A stretch of 64,000 bases of DNA from the human T2T-CHM13v2.0 reference genome, Homo sapiens: assembly GCF_009914755.1 (NCBI RefSeq), contig NC_060938.1. One strand, given 5' to 3'. Positions within the stretch are counted from its first letter, which is position 1. Each line of letters starts with the position of its first letter. The position numbers and the translations under genes are program-made. Below the pieces are notes generated by a model. It saw nothing but the letters and a program-made list of their open reading frames with translations, was not told the origin of the DNA and searched no databases. This document shows, piece by piece, positions 31,601 to 48,519 of the stretch.

Positions 31601-33717
31601 CTTCCTTCTGAACACAGCCGGGCACGTGTTCAAAAGCCTCTTTCATGGTGGCGATGGACCCCAAAACCCACGGGTTGGAAGAGCCTTTGGGAAAGCGAAT
31701 CGATACCCTGATTGCAGTCCTTGAAGAAATCACTTAGGGTTAGTTTAATAAACAAACGAACATTTAAAAAATCTTCCAAAAATTGCATTCAAATGTATTT
31801 TACACTTGAGGCAGTTCTTAAGAAGTGAGAGTGCGGTTTCTTGACACATTTAAAGGTTTTATTGGCCACATTAATCTTCCTCACAAAAGTTTTAAGTTAT
31901 CTATAAGTTCTTAGAATGTCAAAGAAGAGAAGAAAAACTGACTAAGTTTAAGGGGCGGTGGAAGAAGCAGCAACTTGGCAATAATTCCGCAGCCGACTTC
32001 GCGTGTTCAGGCATCCTTTTTCTCCAGTAAAATTTTGTGCAACTCGTCTGCATCCTCGCTGGTTTTTACCCGAATCAACATGGTGACTGGCATGGTGGCA
32101 TTCTTCTCGTCGATTGGTGGATTTGGAACACAGACGATAAGAACGTTATTTTTCCGTTCGCGTACATGGCATATTGGGTGGAATCAGAACATTCAGCAAT
32201 ATGTTGCCTAAATTGGTGTCTGCCCGCACCAAAAGCTATGTCTTCTGATTTGCCGTAGGTTTTAAATGCAGAGTACCTATGCCTTTCTCTTTAAACTCAT
32301 TGTCTTTCTTGTAAAATAGTTTACACTTTTTGGAGTAAAAAGCATCTTCTTTTACTTCGGTAACTACTACTTTGGGTGGCTCATCATTCTCTTCTTAATC
32401 TCCACCTTTGCATTCACCACTGTCACCTTCCGCTTGGCCCTCCAATGGTTTAGTGGGAAATGGTGAAGAGACTGGTTTACTCTGGATAATATCTTTGCCA
32501 AATAAACTAGAGTTTCCAGGGGAGAATGAAAATCCAGTCGGGGGACAGAGCTTAATGAGCCCAAAACAGAGCTATCAACTTTCTCGCCGAAATTAAATGA
32601 GGCACTTGTCGCTCCTAGTGATGATGGGTCCGTTTTCTTTTCAGATGCCACCTCCACCTTCTTGTCAGGTGTATCTTCAGTTTTGCTGCCATGAAACAAA
32701 AACGTTGACTCTTGCTGTAATTTTGTTGAGCTAAAAAGGGAAGGAGACTGTGTTTCAGCCGCCGCTTTGTTAGATTCACTTTCAGAATTCCTGCCATTGT
32801 TCCCTTGTTGCTGTTCAATGTTTGCTAAATATTTCTCATAGTCTTTAAAGATAGGTGTCAGATCACAGAGGGAGTTTGTATTCGCGTGCTTCACCATCCA
32901 ATCCCGCACGGAGCAGTCCAAGGCGGCCAACTGCTTGTGATAGGCATTTCCGACACAAGCTTTACTGGAAGCAAGGCCAGAGGAGGAGGGCTGCTGACTG
33001 TCCCCATTAGTTTTGGGATTTGAAACATTTTTATCAACCAAGGCGGTAGGGCCATTTGCAGCAAGAGAACCAAAGGCTACCTTGGGCTCTGCCACTGCCT
33101 TTGCACTGGTGAAGGGAGGGGCACTGGTTATGTTGTTTCCATTCGACAGTCCTTCCAAAGGCTTCCCTCCAGCGCCACTACCAAATCCAGGAAACCGTCC
33201 TCCTCCAAAAGGTACCACCAAACCTTTAAAACCTTTAAAGTCTCCTCTACTGTCAGATTCGAATCCAACATTTCTGCGCTTTGCTTTCTTTATGGCTCTA
33301 TTCTTCAAGACTTCCTCACTGGCCACGGAGAATGTTCCCACCTCTTCAGCTTCATCTTCTTGATCCCAATTCCTATCTGTCAGTTCCTTCTCGGCATTTC
33401 TTTTGGCCATGTTTTCGAACCTCCTCGGCGGCCGCCGCTGCACTCGCTGGGTCTTGGGTGCGGCGAAACCTGGCGCGAGGCGGCGCAGGGGTCTGGAGCG
33501 GCTGGTGGTCGCCGGGCTGAGCGCGCTCGGCCGCTTCCGGTGCTGCCCTGCGGTCCTCAGAGGACTTGGTGCTCGGCAAGCCCAGAGACTCAAACACCAT
33601 GTCCCCAGGGGGCTCCTCACGCTGTGTTCGGCGGGGAGGCGAGAGCGCCGGTTCAGCCGGAGACCGCTGGGGGGAACCGCGCGGAACACGCTCCGGGCGG
33701 CCATTTTGTAAGTCGAC
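28658..33717 (-). pseudogene. NUP50P1: Full-length processed pseudogene (retrocopy) of NUP50: 5' UTR, CDS homology 33410..32007, ~3.35-kb 3' UTR
   Basis: Intronless MAKRNAEKELTDRNWDQEDE...LLEKKDA-stop. 17-bp TSD AAAAGTTATTTTTCTTT at 28641-28657 and 33718-33734, followed by AA (L1-endonuclease-type site). AATAAA (- strand) at 28675-28680 and a short poly(A) remnant. 1-nt deletion ~32540, TAA 32397-32395, TAG 32238-32236, 2-nt deletion ~32154. NUP50 origin is secure; the P1 number is recalled. Confidence 0.93.
33410..33717 (-). promoter_or_regulatory. CpG-rich retrocopied NUP50 5' UTR (small CpG island) with YY1-type motif
   Basis: About 37 CpG in ~310 bp by manual count; GCGGCCATTTT at ~33697-33707 fits the YY1 GCCATNTT consensus. 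Confidence 0.6.
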
Positions 33718-33736
33718 AAAAGTTATTTTTCTTTAA

Positions 33737-34076
<340 letters not shown>

Positions 34077-34277
34077 GTATTTTCTTCTTTTTAAAAAACA
34101 GTAGATATTTGTTTTGAAAGTGTCCTGGACTTCATGCATCGTGGCATTTAGCACCCAGTCCCACCCAGCAGTACACAGGGACCTCAATGCAGATGAGCAA
34201 GAGACATGAATAGGTAATCAGCCACAAAAGGAGGAACACAAATGGCCAATGGGAAGAGGGGTTAGTTCTTGCTACTA

Positions 34278-34601
<324 letters not shown>

Positions 34602-35821
34602 GAGAGAGAGAACATATGATTCCATTTTTTTACCTATAGAATTGGCAAAGATTTGAAGAAATGATAATGACTGTTGGCAAGTGGGTGGGAATGTGAGCAT
34701 CCTCATACACAGAAGGCAGGACAGGAGCATGCTTTGGTGTGAGCGTCTGGCAGGCAATCTGGCAGTAACATATTACCTTTGGAACATTTGTGTGTTTTGC
34801 GTATTTATTTAAGACTGATTCAAATATCTGGCTCCTTCATGTTGATCTGGGACAGTGTTGTTCATTATTGATTTAAGACTTATTGAGGGGTGGAACTATG
34901 TCATTCCATCCAGCCCTGTGACCAGATAGACACTTCAGAAGTGCTTGTGAGAATTATTATAAAATAAATAATTCATCACCTTGAATTTACAAGCAGTCAT
35001 TCATTGATAGGTGACTCAGTGCTCAGTGCCTTGCTAGGGCTATGAGGGACTCAAGAAGTATAAGGTGGGGTTCTGCCCTCAGAGCTGAATCTAGGAGTAA
35101 GGACAAAGCTCAGTAACAGAGCAAGGGGCAGGCAGGTGAGGAATCGTGGAGACTAAGAGCTCAGCAGTCAGCCAACTCATAATTATCCATGCAGGAATAA
35201 TGAGGACCCACAGATTAGACGATCTCAAATCTCATTTCCATTAGTCGTTCCCTCCTCCTCCTGTACCAATGCCTTGAGGAACACTCTTACCAAGTAGCCC
35301 AGAGGGTTCTTCTGAGTTTTGCCTCTTTTCCCTGGCTTTTTCTACCCCACAAGTCTGAAAATGGCACGTAGTCATTTCCCTTCCAAATTGTACCTCAGAG
35401 CGACCCAAATAATTGATGAGGGGAAATTTCTCTTTATAGAAATATTCCAGGTAATAAATTAAAAAGGAATTATATAGCTGGACTGTCAGCATTTTGAGAA
35501 CACTTAGTGCAATAATGGATCTAGGTACTGATTATCAGTGGCAGCTGACATCTCAAGAGACACCTGGGCATCAGGTGCCCCCTGATGGGACTTTACAACA
35601 CACCTGGGCATCTGTGAGTTGCCCTGTGTATGCACTGGGAATACCTAGGAAATGTTCTTGCCAAAAAACAAAACCTGCATCAGACTGAGCTGCTAAATCT
35701 AACATCAAATCTATAGGAAATTCAGGGACAGAAAAAGTTACCCAGTTTCTTCAACAAATAGCAAGGGGATAAAGGGCTAGAAGGAGAACCTTTAGGTAAA
35801 AAAAGAAACAAGAGACATATT

Positions 35822-36475
<654 letters not shown>

Positions 36476-37349
36476 TAATTTTTAGATGTAATAATATTAT
36501 TGTGGTTTTCTAAGCCATCCCTCCTTTTTTCAGAGGAACAAACTTAAATATTTACAGATGGAAAAAAAAGGCAGACAATGGAAAAGAGAATGGGAAAAAA
36601 TGAGTGGATATCAACTCTCCATAAACTACCAGGATGTGGTTGCAGGTTGACTGATGAGCATTTCATTCCCTTCTCCAATTCTTTCACTTTGCAACAAGCA
36701 CAGACCAATGCATGTGTGAGAATGTTAAAAAAAAAAAAAAAAAGGAACAAAACACACCCTCAAGAAAAAAAAGAATGAACATGTAAATCCGCTACATGCT
36801 CAGACAACTCAAATCAGCGTCAGCTCGTGCCTGCAGCAGGGCAAAGAGGCCTCACGTGGATGTGGCAGTGGCTTTACTGCATGCTTTTTAATTCAGGGAA
36901 GCGTGTTCCTTTGTGTGGTTTTTCTGAGCCACTGACTCTATTTAAATGTGCTAGTTGCTACCTGAATACAGTCGCTTCACCTGGAAATAATTATCTCCTC
37001 TGCTACACTCTTTCCCTTCACACACATCCTTCAATGTGTACTGATAATCCCACACTGACTCAGACCTGAAAGGTATAAATTGAGCATTTGCTGGAGGACT
37101 CCAGAGTCTTGTATCATTGCCTACAAAGAATAAAATGAGGAGGATAATAATGTCATCAGGGGACTCAAACTGTAGCACGTACCCATTAAAGAATTATTGT
37201 GTGGATTTTTAAAACCAGGCCATTTTTTCCCACTACTTCTCACAGCAAACCAGAAATCATGGTGGTTATAGATGCTGGCTCTTCAAGTCAGGACCCTGAG
37301 GTACAGAGCTGTTATTACCAATGTAGAATTTTAAGTTTCTCTTACTAAG

Positions 37350-38700
37350 TCATTGATTCATTGATTGACAAACAAATATTTATTGTGCACCTGCTGCACT
37401 AACCCTAAGAATGCCCCCCATGACTACACAGACATGCTCCATGCCATTCTGGATGAATGAGGGAGTTGGTGGGAACCAGATGATTTATGCTTCACAGGTG
37501 TGTAGGGTGTTGGGCTTTTACACTAATTGGGTTGGGAAGCAGATGGAGGGTTTTAGGCAAAGAAGTGATGTGATCCAGTTAATGTTTTAAAGGATGACTC
37601 TGGCTTCTGTGTGGAATATGGGCCGGGGGCAAGGGGAGTAGACAGTGGAGAGTGGAGGCTGGGAGATCAGTTAGAGGCTACAGAGAAGATCCAGGAGAGG
37701 GAAGATGGGGATGGATCCTGGATAAGGTGGAGTTGATAAGAGTGACAGATCGGAAACACGGGATGAGAAAAGAGAAAGCAAGGATAACTCCAAACTTTCT
37801 GGCCCAAGCAGTTAAGCATACCATGCTTCCATAGGGGAAAGTGCATGAGGAACAGCCTGAGGGAGGAAATCTTCAGTTCTGTTTTGACGGGTAAGCTTGA
37901 TATGCCGATTAGTCACCCAAGTACAGATGTGTGCGTCTAGGGAGAGATGAGAGCTGGAAATACAGATTTGGAAATAGCTGGCCATGGGACCAGATACAAT
38001 TACCTAAGAAGAGAATGCAGATAGGGAAAAAGGTAAAGGACCCAGCTTTCAGGTCTTCTACGTGTTAGAATGGGCAGAGGAGGAGCAAATAAAATGCATT
38101 AAGTTCCTTGTGGTCTCCAACAACCCAAATCAGCTTCAGAATGTGCTAACAGCCAGCAAGATATCAGGAAAACCCAGAGCATGGGGAGTCATGGGACAAA
38201 AAACTGTGTCATCAAGTAGACAATGGGAAGCTGAGTAGAAATGCTGCAGAGAGAACCAGTAAGGTGAGAACAGAGAAGCGGCTCTCAGACTTGGGAATGT
38301 GGCGGTCAACCATGCAGGCTCAGAGGTGTGCAGCCTTCCTGAAATGGGCTGAGTAGAGAAAGGCAGGTGAGAAAGCAGAGACCAAGACTATGGACAAATC
38401 AGTTCCATAGTCCTTGGATTTGCCGAGCAGGGAAGGAAAGAAATAGCACAGTAGCTAGAAGGCGTTGTGGGTCAAGGAGGTGAGGAGTTTGGGGGGTTAT
38501 TTTGGCTTTTGGCTTCTCAGAGACAGGAGATACTAGAACACATTTGTATGCTGATGCACATGACCTAGTGGAGGGGGTGGGTGGGGGAGAACTGCTGATG
38601 CAAGAGAGAGGGGATGCTTGGAGGAAACGAGACCTTGAGGAGGTGAGGTTTGGGATGGAAAGCACAGGGTGGGGTTGCCTTGAATGGGAAAGCAGAGCAG
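37350..38700 (-). mobile_element. Long degenerate L2 remnant
   Basis: ttcattgattgacaaacaaatatttattgtgcacctg tail and purine-rich L2 body (ttttaaaggatgactctggcttctgtgtgga). Confidence 0.7.
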
Positions 38701-38994
38701 GTGACGCTGTTTCTCCAGTTCTCCTGAGGCTCTTAGATGCCCAGGGGACCCCTTTATGTGCATCACTTGAGCAACACACAGTCCTTGAATTTTCAGTAGA
38801 AGAATCCCAGGTAGCAAAAATTCTTAACCCAAAGAAGTATGTCCCTAATGGTGGACTTTCAGAGACTGCATAACGAAGACATAGCTGGGCTGTGAAGTAT
38901 CTTTTTTATTTTCTTGAAGCCATATTTTCTGGATGATCATCTATTACACTTATGTGTAAGACTAGCCCTGAAAGTTGTATCACTATTTTCCTAG

Positions 38995-39320
<326 letters not shown>

Positions 39321-39611
39321 AGTCATGGACTATTAAGCATTAAAATGAACAGCATCTGAGCTCTTAGCCTGCTTAGCCTCTGTAGACCTTATTTTGTGCT
39401 CTGCAGGTTATATTTTAAGACTAAGTTCATCACCCTTTCAGAATTGACTTCCAGGGGAAAGATTGTCTCACCTAAAAATATACCATGATTATTTTGATCA
39501 GAGAACAAGAACATATAACCTATCATGTTTTCTTCTTTTTATTTTGCAGCAAGGAACCACAGAAACAAATTTAATACTTAATCATAAGAGCTTAGTGTTT
39601 TGGTTGCTTAG

Positions 39612-40504
<893 letters not shown>

Positions 40505-40559
40505 TGTTTCCTATTTTTACAGCTTTATCTTGCTTATACATTTTCATTTGTTTCTTTTT

Positions 40560-41390
<831 letters not shown>

Positions 41391-44300
41391 TTATAGTGAA
41401 TTGTATTAGGTAGATGTATATAATCATAAATAAGGACTGCCTACTTTCTTTGTATCATGATTGTTATGAGCATGCTATTATCCTTTGTCCTCAGAGCCTC
41501 CCACTCTCTAACTCCTCTGTGGTCTAGAAGAAGCAGGTGAAACTTGCAAGGGTTACATGGTTTGTTTGTGGTTCCAGCAAAGCCAGAATTCTGATTTATA
41601 TCCCTGATTCCTGGCTGAGTATGAAAATGACTGCAATTATTAATATATAGTTGCTATTTGCTTTTTCTCTCCAGAACCCTGGTCAATATGAGCCATGTTT
41701 GGTTTCAAGTTGCTTGCTTAGGAAAGGTTCAGAGATGTGATTGGACATTCTTTGATGTGACAAAACAAACATTTCAATAGAGATGGAAGTTCAATTGACT
41801 CCTAGTCCCACTTTATCTGGACCTAACATTTGAAGTTAAGATGATAACTTCATGGAATTATAGCTTTATAAAAATCTCTGCTAAAAAGAATGCTCAATTT
41901 AGAGAAAGGGACAGAACTAGTCTACCGTGAAACCCAAGCCATGCATTTTTTTTGAAGCCACATCTGACAAGCCTTCAATGGAAGAATAGAGAATGAGAAA
42001 ACATGTGCACCTTTTCATTTTTGAGGTTTGAAAGTGACACATACAGCTAAATGCCGCTTTCACTCTCTCTGCCTACATTGATGTAATATCTAGCAATTAA
42101 ATTATGTTTGCTCATTTATTTCTTTTAGTATTCTGCTCACTCTGTGCCAGGGACTGGGTTGGAGGCTGGAAATCCAGAGATTAATAAGGTGCTCTTCCTA
42201 TGCTTAAGAGGCTCACAGTCCAGAGGGAAGAACAGGTGCATATCTAAATGGTTACAAGAGGATGTGCTAAGTGCTACTGCAAAGTCCTCAAGTGGCTGTG
42301 GTACCAGAAGCAGCATCTAGTGACCACGGGTGGTAGCAGCAGGGGGTTCATTGGACTGGCCAGTCGTGCGGCCTTGCTTGTGGCTGTGGCTAGTTGTCCA
42401 CCCTCCCTTTATTCTTGTCTGTTTTCTTAGCCATTCTGGAGACTGAACCCAATATTCTTTTTACCCAGTAATTTATCTTTCTGTTTAAATCAGCCAATCT
42501 TGATTGATAGGCTGTTAGTATCAGTCTCTTGGGAATACTTCCAGAATTATTTTCTGCATGTAAGGACTAAGCTTCATCTACTTGTGAATATCTTCAAATA
42601 TTTCCATATAAGCTGGTAAATAGACACTGCTCCAGGCCCCTGAGACCCAGCCACTCTGGCCCCTTTTCTGGGACCCCCTTCTTTACAATCATCTAAAGGG
42701 TTATGCCATGCACAGATGTTCTGGCACTACAGGTGGCATTCTTTCTGATTGGTGCCTGTCGTGAGTTACTACACACAACACACACGCACACACACACGAT
42801 ATATATGTGTTACATGTATGTGTGTATAGTATAGTAAGTATATATAAGTATGTATACATAACAAATTTATGTCAAATGGAAACTTACTACACATTCTGTA
42901 TGGCTAATGTGAGATCTTTCCATATTAACATGTTTAGATTTAATTAATTTTAAAGAAGATTGCTTGGTATTCTATTACATGGATTTAATCATAATCAATT
43001 TAAACAATTTGGGGGAGGTTTTAACTAATAGAGATGCCCTGCCTCCACCTCTCAATACCACCATAATGGTGGAGATTAGAGAGGGGTTGACCATACACAT
43101 TTACCAAATGCTCCTCAGGTGGTTTTACTCATCAGCTAGGCCTGGGATTTATTGGCATAAACAGTACATCCTACAAATAGGAAAGCAAACAAGAAGGCCT
43201 AGAACTTCCTTTTTTAAAAAAAGCCTGTCTTTACTTTTCTAGGAGACAACATCTAAAATAAATAGTACAATAACCTGTGTTTAAAGACTTCCAGTACTTC
43301 AGTTTATAGTTGCCCTGGCTTGCTACCAGATTGTAATTTTTTCACTGCTAGGCAGTAATTAAAAGGAACAGCAGCCTAGGAGCAGACTTGGGGTAGGGCC
43401 CTCTCAGTAGGTTCCAGATATCCAGGCCAAACTTTTTGCTTCCAAAGAACATTGCTGTCCCTCCTGTATTTAGGGTAAATTCAGCTTTGGTTGTCCTCCA
43501 GGAACTGAAGCCAAACAGCAGCATTTCTTCAGACTTGGAAATGAGTTTTGATTGTTTCTTCATAAAACGGCATAAAGCTCAGATAACCAACTGCAGTTCT
43601 TGGAAATAATTAAAATGTGTACTCAGCTCATCACTCCCATGGTATCTGGAAGCCAGGAAAGTATATTTATGGGAAAAGATGTTTATATAAATAGCTTCCT
43701 CAGTGACCCACATGATAGAATTGAGAAAAAGCATCTTGTGTTTGATGAATGATACCAAATTAGGTGGAGTTGCTAACATCCCAGACAGTGAGAACTAAAC
43801 TCAATATGTCCCTTTCAGATTGGCCTTGGCAAACTAAAAAAACAAAACAGGAAAAGAAAAAAGATCCATACCACAAATTCAAGATGAAAAATGACTTATA
43901 AGAGCTACTGTTTAAAAAAATATTATGGAGTTTTCAAAGTTAGCAGTTGTATCACAAGTACAAAATGACTCAGCAATAGAGAATCACTAGGAATGCTGGA
44001 ATGTTAATGAGGAAAAGATAAGCCAACCTCCTGAATCCTCTTCCCATGTATGGCATTGGTCAGGCCCTAACTGGAGAACACCCCCATGCCATTTTGAACT
44101 TTATCATTTAGAAAGTCTACCCCCGAAAATAAAGTGTATCCCAAAAACTATAGGTGACTTAAGAGATGGGGTGAGAGGATCTCTTGGAGAAATTTTAAGC
44201 TAATTGGAATTGTTTAAACTACAGAAGGAAAACTCAGAAACAACTTAAAAACTGGTCTTCAAATACTCATGGTGAGATTATAAAGAGAGTGCTGAATATC

Positions 44301-44399
44301 TTTTTCTGTCTTCCACAGCGGACGCAACTGGAAATCAAGAGCTAACTATGTGATCATTCAGATTACACTAGATGTAAGGACATGTTCGCTTGAGGCAGA

Positions 44400-44620
44400 T
44401 TGACTGGGCGACTTAGAGTATAGTCCATGGTGCTAAACAGAGCATGGACTCTGGGGCCTGGGTTCAGATCCCAGCTCCACCACTCACCACCTCTGAGGCC
44501 TTGGGTAGGTTCCTTAATCTCAAGCTGCCTCAGTTTCCCCATCCAAGAAGTTGGGAGGGCAATAGTCTCTGCCTCCTACGTGTGTGGGAAGGATGGCATG
44601 AGATGATAGATACAAAGCCC
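44400..44620 (+). mobile_element. MIR
   Basis: cctgggttcagatcccagctccaccact...gcctcagtttccccatc. Confidence 0.75.
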
Positions 44621-46101
44621 CAAGGAGTGTGTGATTATTGGCTGATCACTAAGGATCTAGAACAGACCCCTGGAGAGGATCCTTGACTCTATTCCCAGCC
44701 GTTTAAAAGACTGTCTCAAACTTATCGTTAAATTTATAGTTCTGCTTTGAGTCAACTCTGTCAACAACACATGGTGTCTATGTTAAACATCTCACTGACA
44801 CAATATTTTAGGCATAATGTGAAAATTGCCTCATTCTATCACATTTTTATATCACAAAATTATATATCTTATACACCAGCTGTGGCTGCCTTGCACACAA
44901 TACACATATTCAATCACATGGTTTGCAAACCCGGATGTGGCTTATGAGAATATTTGGTTCTTGGCCTTTTGATTACCAAATGCTCCTTATCACATACCCC
45001 AGAGCATATCTGTGCCTAAATTTTGTGTTACTGTGCCAGTTTAATTCAATTCAAATAAATTGCATTCCATTGAACTGAACATTATTAAGGACCTGTGCTA
45101 GGCCTCTAGAGAGACAAATAACTCTTGTTCCCTGCCTTTAGAGATTTCACAGACTAACAAGGAAAGGAAGAAACAAAAATAGCTCCTTTTACTATCAAGT
45201 GATAGATGCCATATTTCAGGTGCAAATTGCTATGGAAGCACACACTTTGATTGATGGTTTTTGCCTGGGGAAATCACTAAAGGCTCACAGAAGCCCACTT
45301 ACATGAGCTTGCAGAAAGTCAGGGAGAGAAGAGGGCATTTCTCAAGGTGAAGCTGAGAGGGGGGTCTAGGGAGTGAGAGTTTCTGCCAAGTCCAGGGACA
45401 GGCACTCGTGGCTGGAGCACAGAGCATGATGGTACAGGCAAAAGTCACCTGCCAATGGTACATGGGTCATTCATTCCAGGGGCTGGTTGCAGCGGGTGAT
45501 ACTCCCTGGCTCTGCTAGAGCCCTGTTCTGCCTTGGTGTTGGTCAGTAAGCAATCTGGGAATGGAATAAGTTATCTCTTCCAGTTCCTCTCCTGCCCTGT
45601 GTGTTGAGAAGTTATTCATGTTAAGTCACATGGACTCCATTGTCTAATAGAGAAAAAAAATCCACATTTCATGATTGTGGTCTTAGGGAAGTAATGCACC
45701 TTTTATGGATCAAGAATAGTTGAACAAGCACTGGATTTAGAATCAGCTTCTAGGCCTGTGTTCAAATCTCAGCTCTGCCTCTTAGTGGTGCATTACCCTG
45801 GGTAGGCTGTTATTAGTACCCAAGTTTTCTGAATAATGACTTGATCATGCCCAGAGGACTGCGTTAAGGTTGGAATGAGAGATTGCATGTGAAAGCAGAT
45901 GGCATAAAGTAGAAGCTTTCTTCATGTTTGAGGGATTTTTGTACTGTTACTATTGTATTTTACCTAAGCAGTGTTGGTATAGTGCTATGACATCCCAAAT
46001 GAAAACTAACATAAAGCAGTATTCAAAGGAAACAAGAAGTCAGAGGCCATGGGCTTAAGCTGTACCTCTGCCTTACAGAGGATTTCAGAGTAAGAATCCT
46101 G

Positions 46102-46102
<1 letters not shown>

Positions 46103-46138
<36 letters not shown>
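46103..46138 (+). repeat. (TG)18 microsatellite
   Basis: Direct read. Confidence 0.97.
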
Positions 46139-46141
<3 letters not shown>

Positions 46142-47465
46142 ACAACCATTCTTACGCATTTGGACCAAGACCATTTTCTAAATAGCAGAACACCAAATGC
46201 CAACACAAGATGTCCTGTCTCTGATGAAACGAGTGGGAGGAAACTCTTTCCTTAAACCCTGTTTCTAAGGGTTCTGGTAATACCACCTCAAACCCACAGA
46301 AGCATGTTAGAAGTAGGTACTCATTCCAGTTTATTCTATGTCCCAAATAGATGAAAGTATAGAATACAAGTAATGTGGAAGAATTCAAGAAGCTCCAACC
46401 CCCTGAATGTTGTTACTAAGTTTTTCATGACCAGAACGATAGGGAGAAATCGTAGAACAAGGAGGGCATGGAGGAGGAAAACTGCAGGCTGAGGACACCA
46501 GGTGCCCCTGCAGATTCAGGCTGAGCAGTGGTTAGGGGAGCTCCTTAAATTTCCCTTCAGGCAGCGTATTTGTTCTCTCTCAGATATTTTCATAAATAAT
46601 AAGTGAATCCTGTGATAAATCAGCCTCTCCTGGGGTTGCAAGAAGGGTAGTGGCTGTGCCACTGACGAGGCCGGTCCCAGCCCAGCAGGCTCAGGACCCT
46701 GAAGGGACAAAGCTGCATGTATGTTCTCAGGCACCAGCAAGACTAGAAATGGCAGACAGCTCCAGCATGATTAACAGGAAATCATTCTTTTCAGAGCTGG
46801 GCTGGGAAGAGGCAGCTGAAGGAAGAGTGTTCAGTGCTTTCCTAGGACACAAGGTCAAGGTTTTTTTCAAAGTAAATGACAGATTGTCCTTTGTCCATCC
46901 GTGGCTAAATGATACCCGAAGCCCCAGGAGGAATAGTTGGTACCTGTCACGAGACTCCATGCCCTTGTCACATGCTCATGTCAGTTCCTAAAATGAGAAT
47001 GTGATGAGGCAGCCCTGTGTCCCCGCCCCTGACCTCTGGCTTACTCCCCAACTTTCACCCCCTTCTCTTCTCTGGTGTCTGGTTTCACAGATGCCAAATA
47101 AAAATCTCATTGATGCTGCTTTTGGGATCATTGGAGCTGAATAAACTGAAGTTTTCCTTTGTGATACCTTTAGAGAAGAGTTTGCTAAATAAATGAACAA
47201 AGTAAAATGTTGTCAGAGGAAGGGAGGATTTAACCCATTTAAAATAATAAATGTACCAAAAAGACTTTAATGCAGGTTGATGTGTTAGTCCTTGGTGATA
47301 CATGGGTTTTTCTGTTTTTTAAAATTATGGCTAATCTCTGACAGACACAATGCTGAGAAAGATTATGCATTAAAAAATAGGAAGGAAGGAAAAGAAAAAA
47401 GGTTGTATCTTGAGTTTATTTAGAAACAGTACTGTGATTGATTAGCAATGTCTGCCCTGGGCTTA

Positions 47466-48238
<773 letters not shown>

Positions 48239-48519
48239 GTGATTCTTATGGTAAGAAGAATGGTAAGCCTGATTCTTGTGGTACTTTGAAAAGTCAGAAT
48301 GATCATCCCAATTTACAAATGAAGAAATAAATTCTATAGAGGTTACACTGAGAAAGGCCACGCAGCCAGTTAGTGGTAGAGTCAAGTTTCAAATACAGGT
48401 TTCGTTGGCTCCAAAGTCCACACTCTTTTGATGAAAATAATATGAAACTCTACTGGCAAGACATAAAAAGAATCATTAATTTGGGTTCAGTATGCATGGG
48501 AACACTTTCAATTAACATA

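Noticed and set aside
38399-38873. Overlapping 123-126 aa ORFs
   Set aside because: Lie in degenerate L2 sequence; no splice or homology support.
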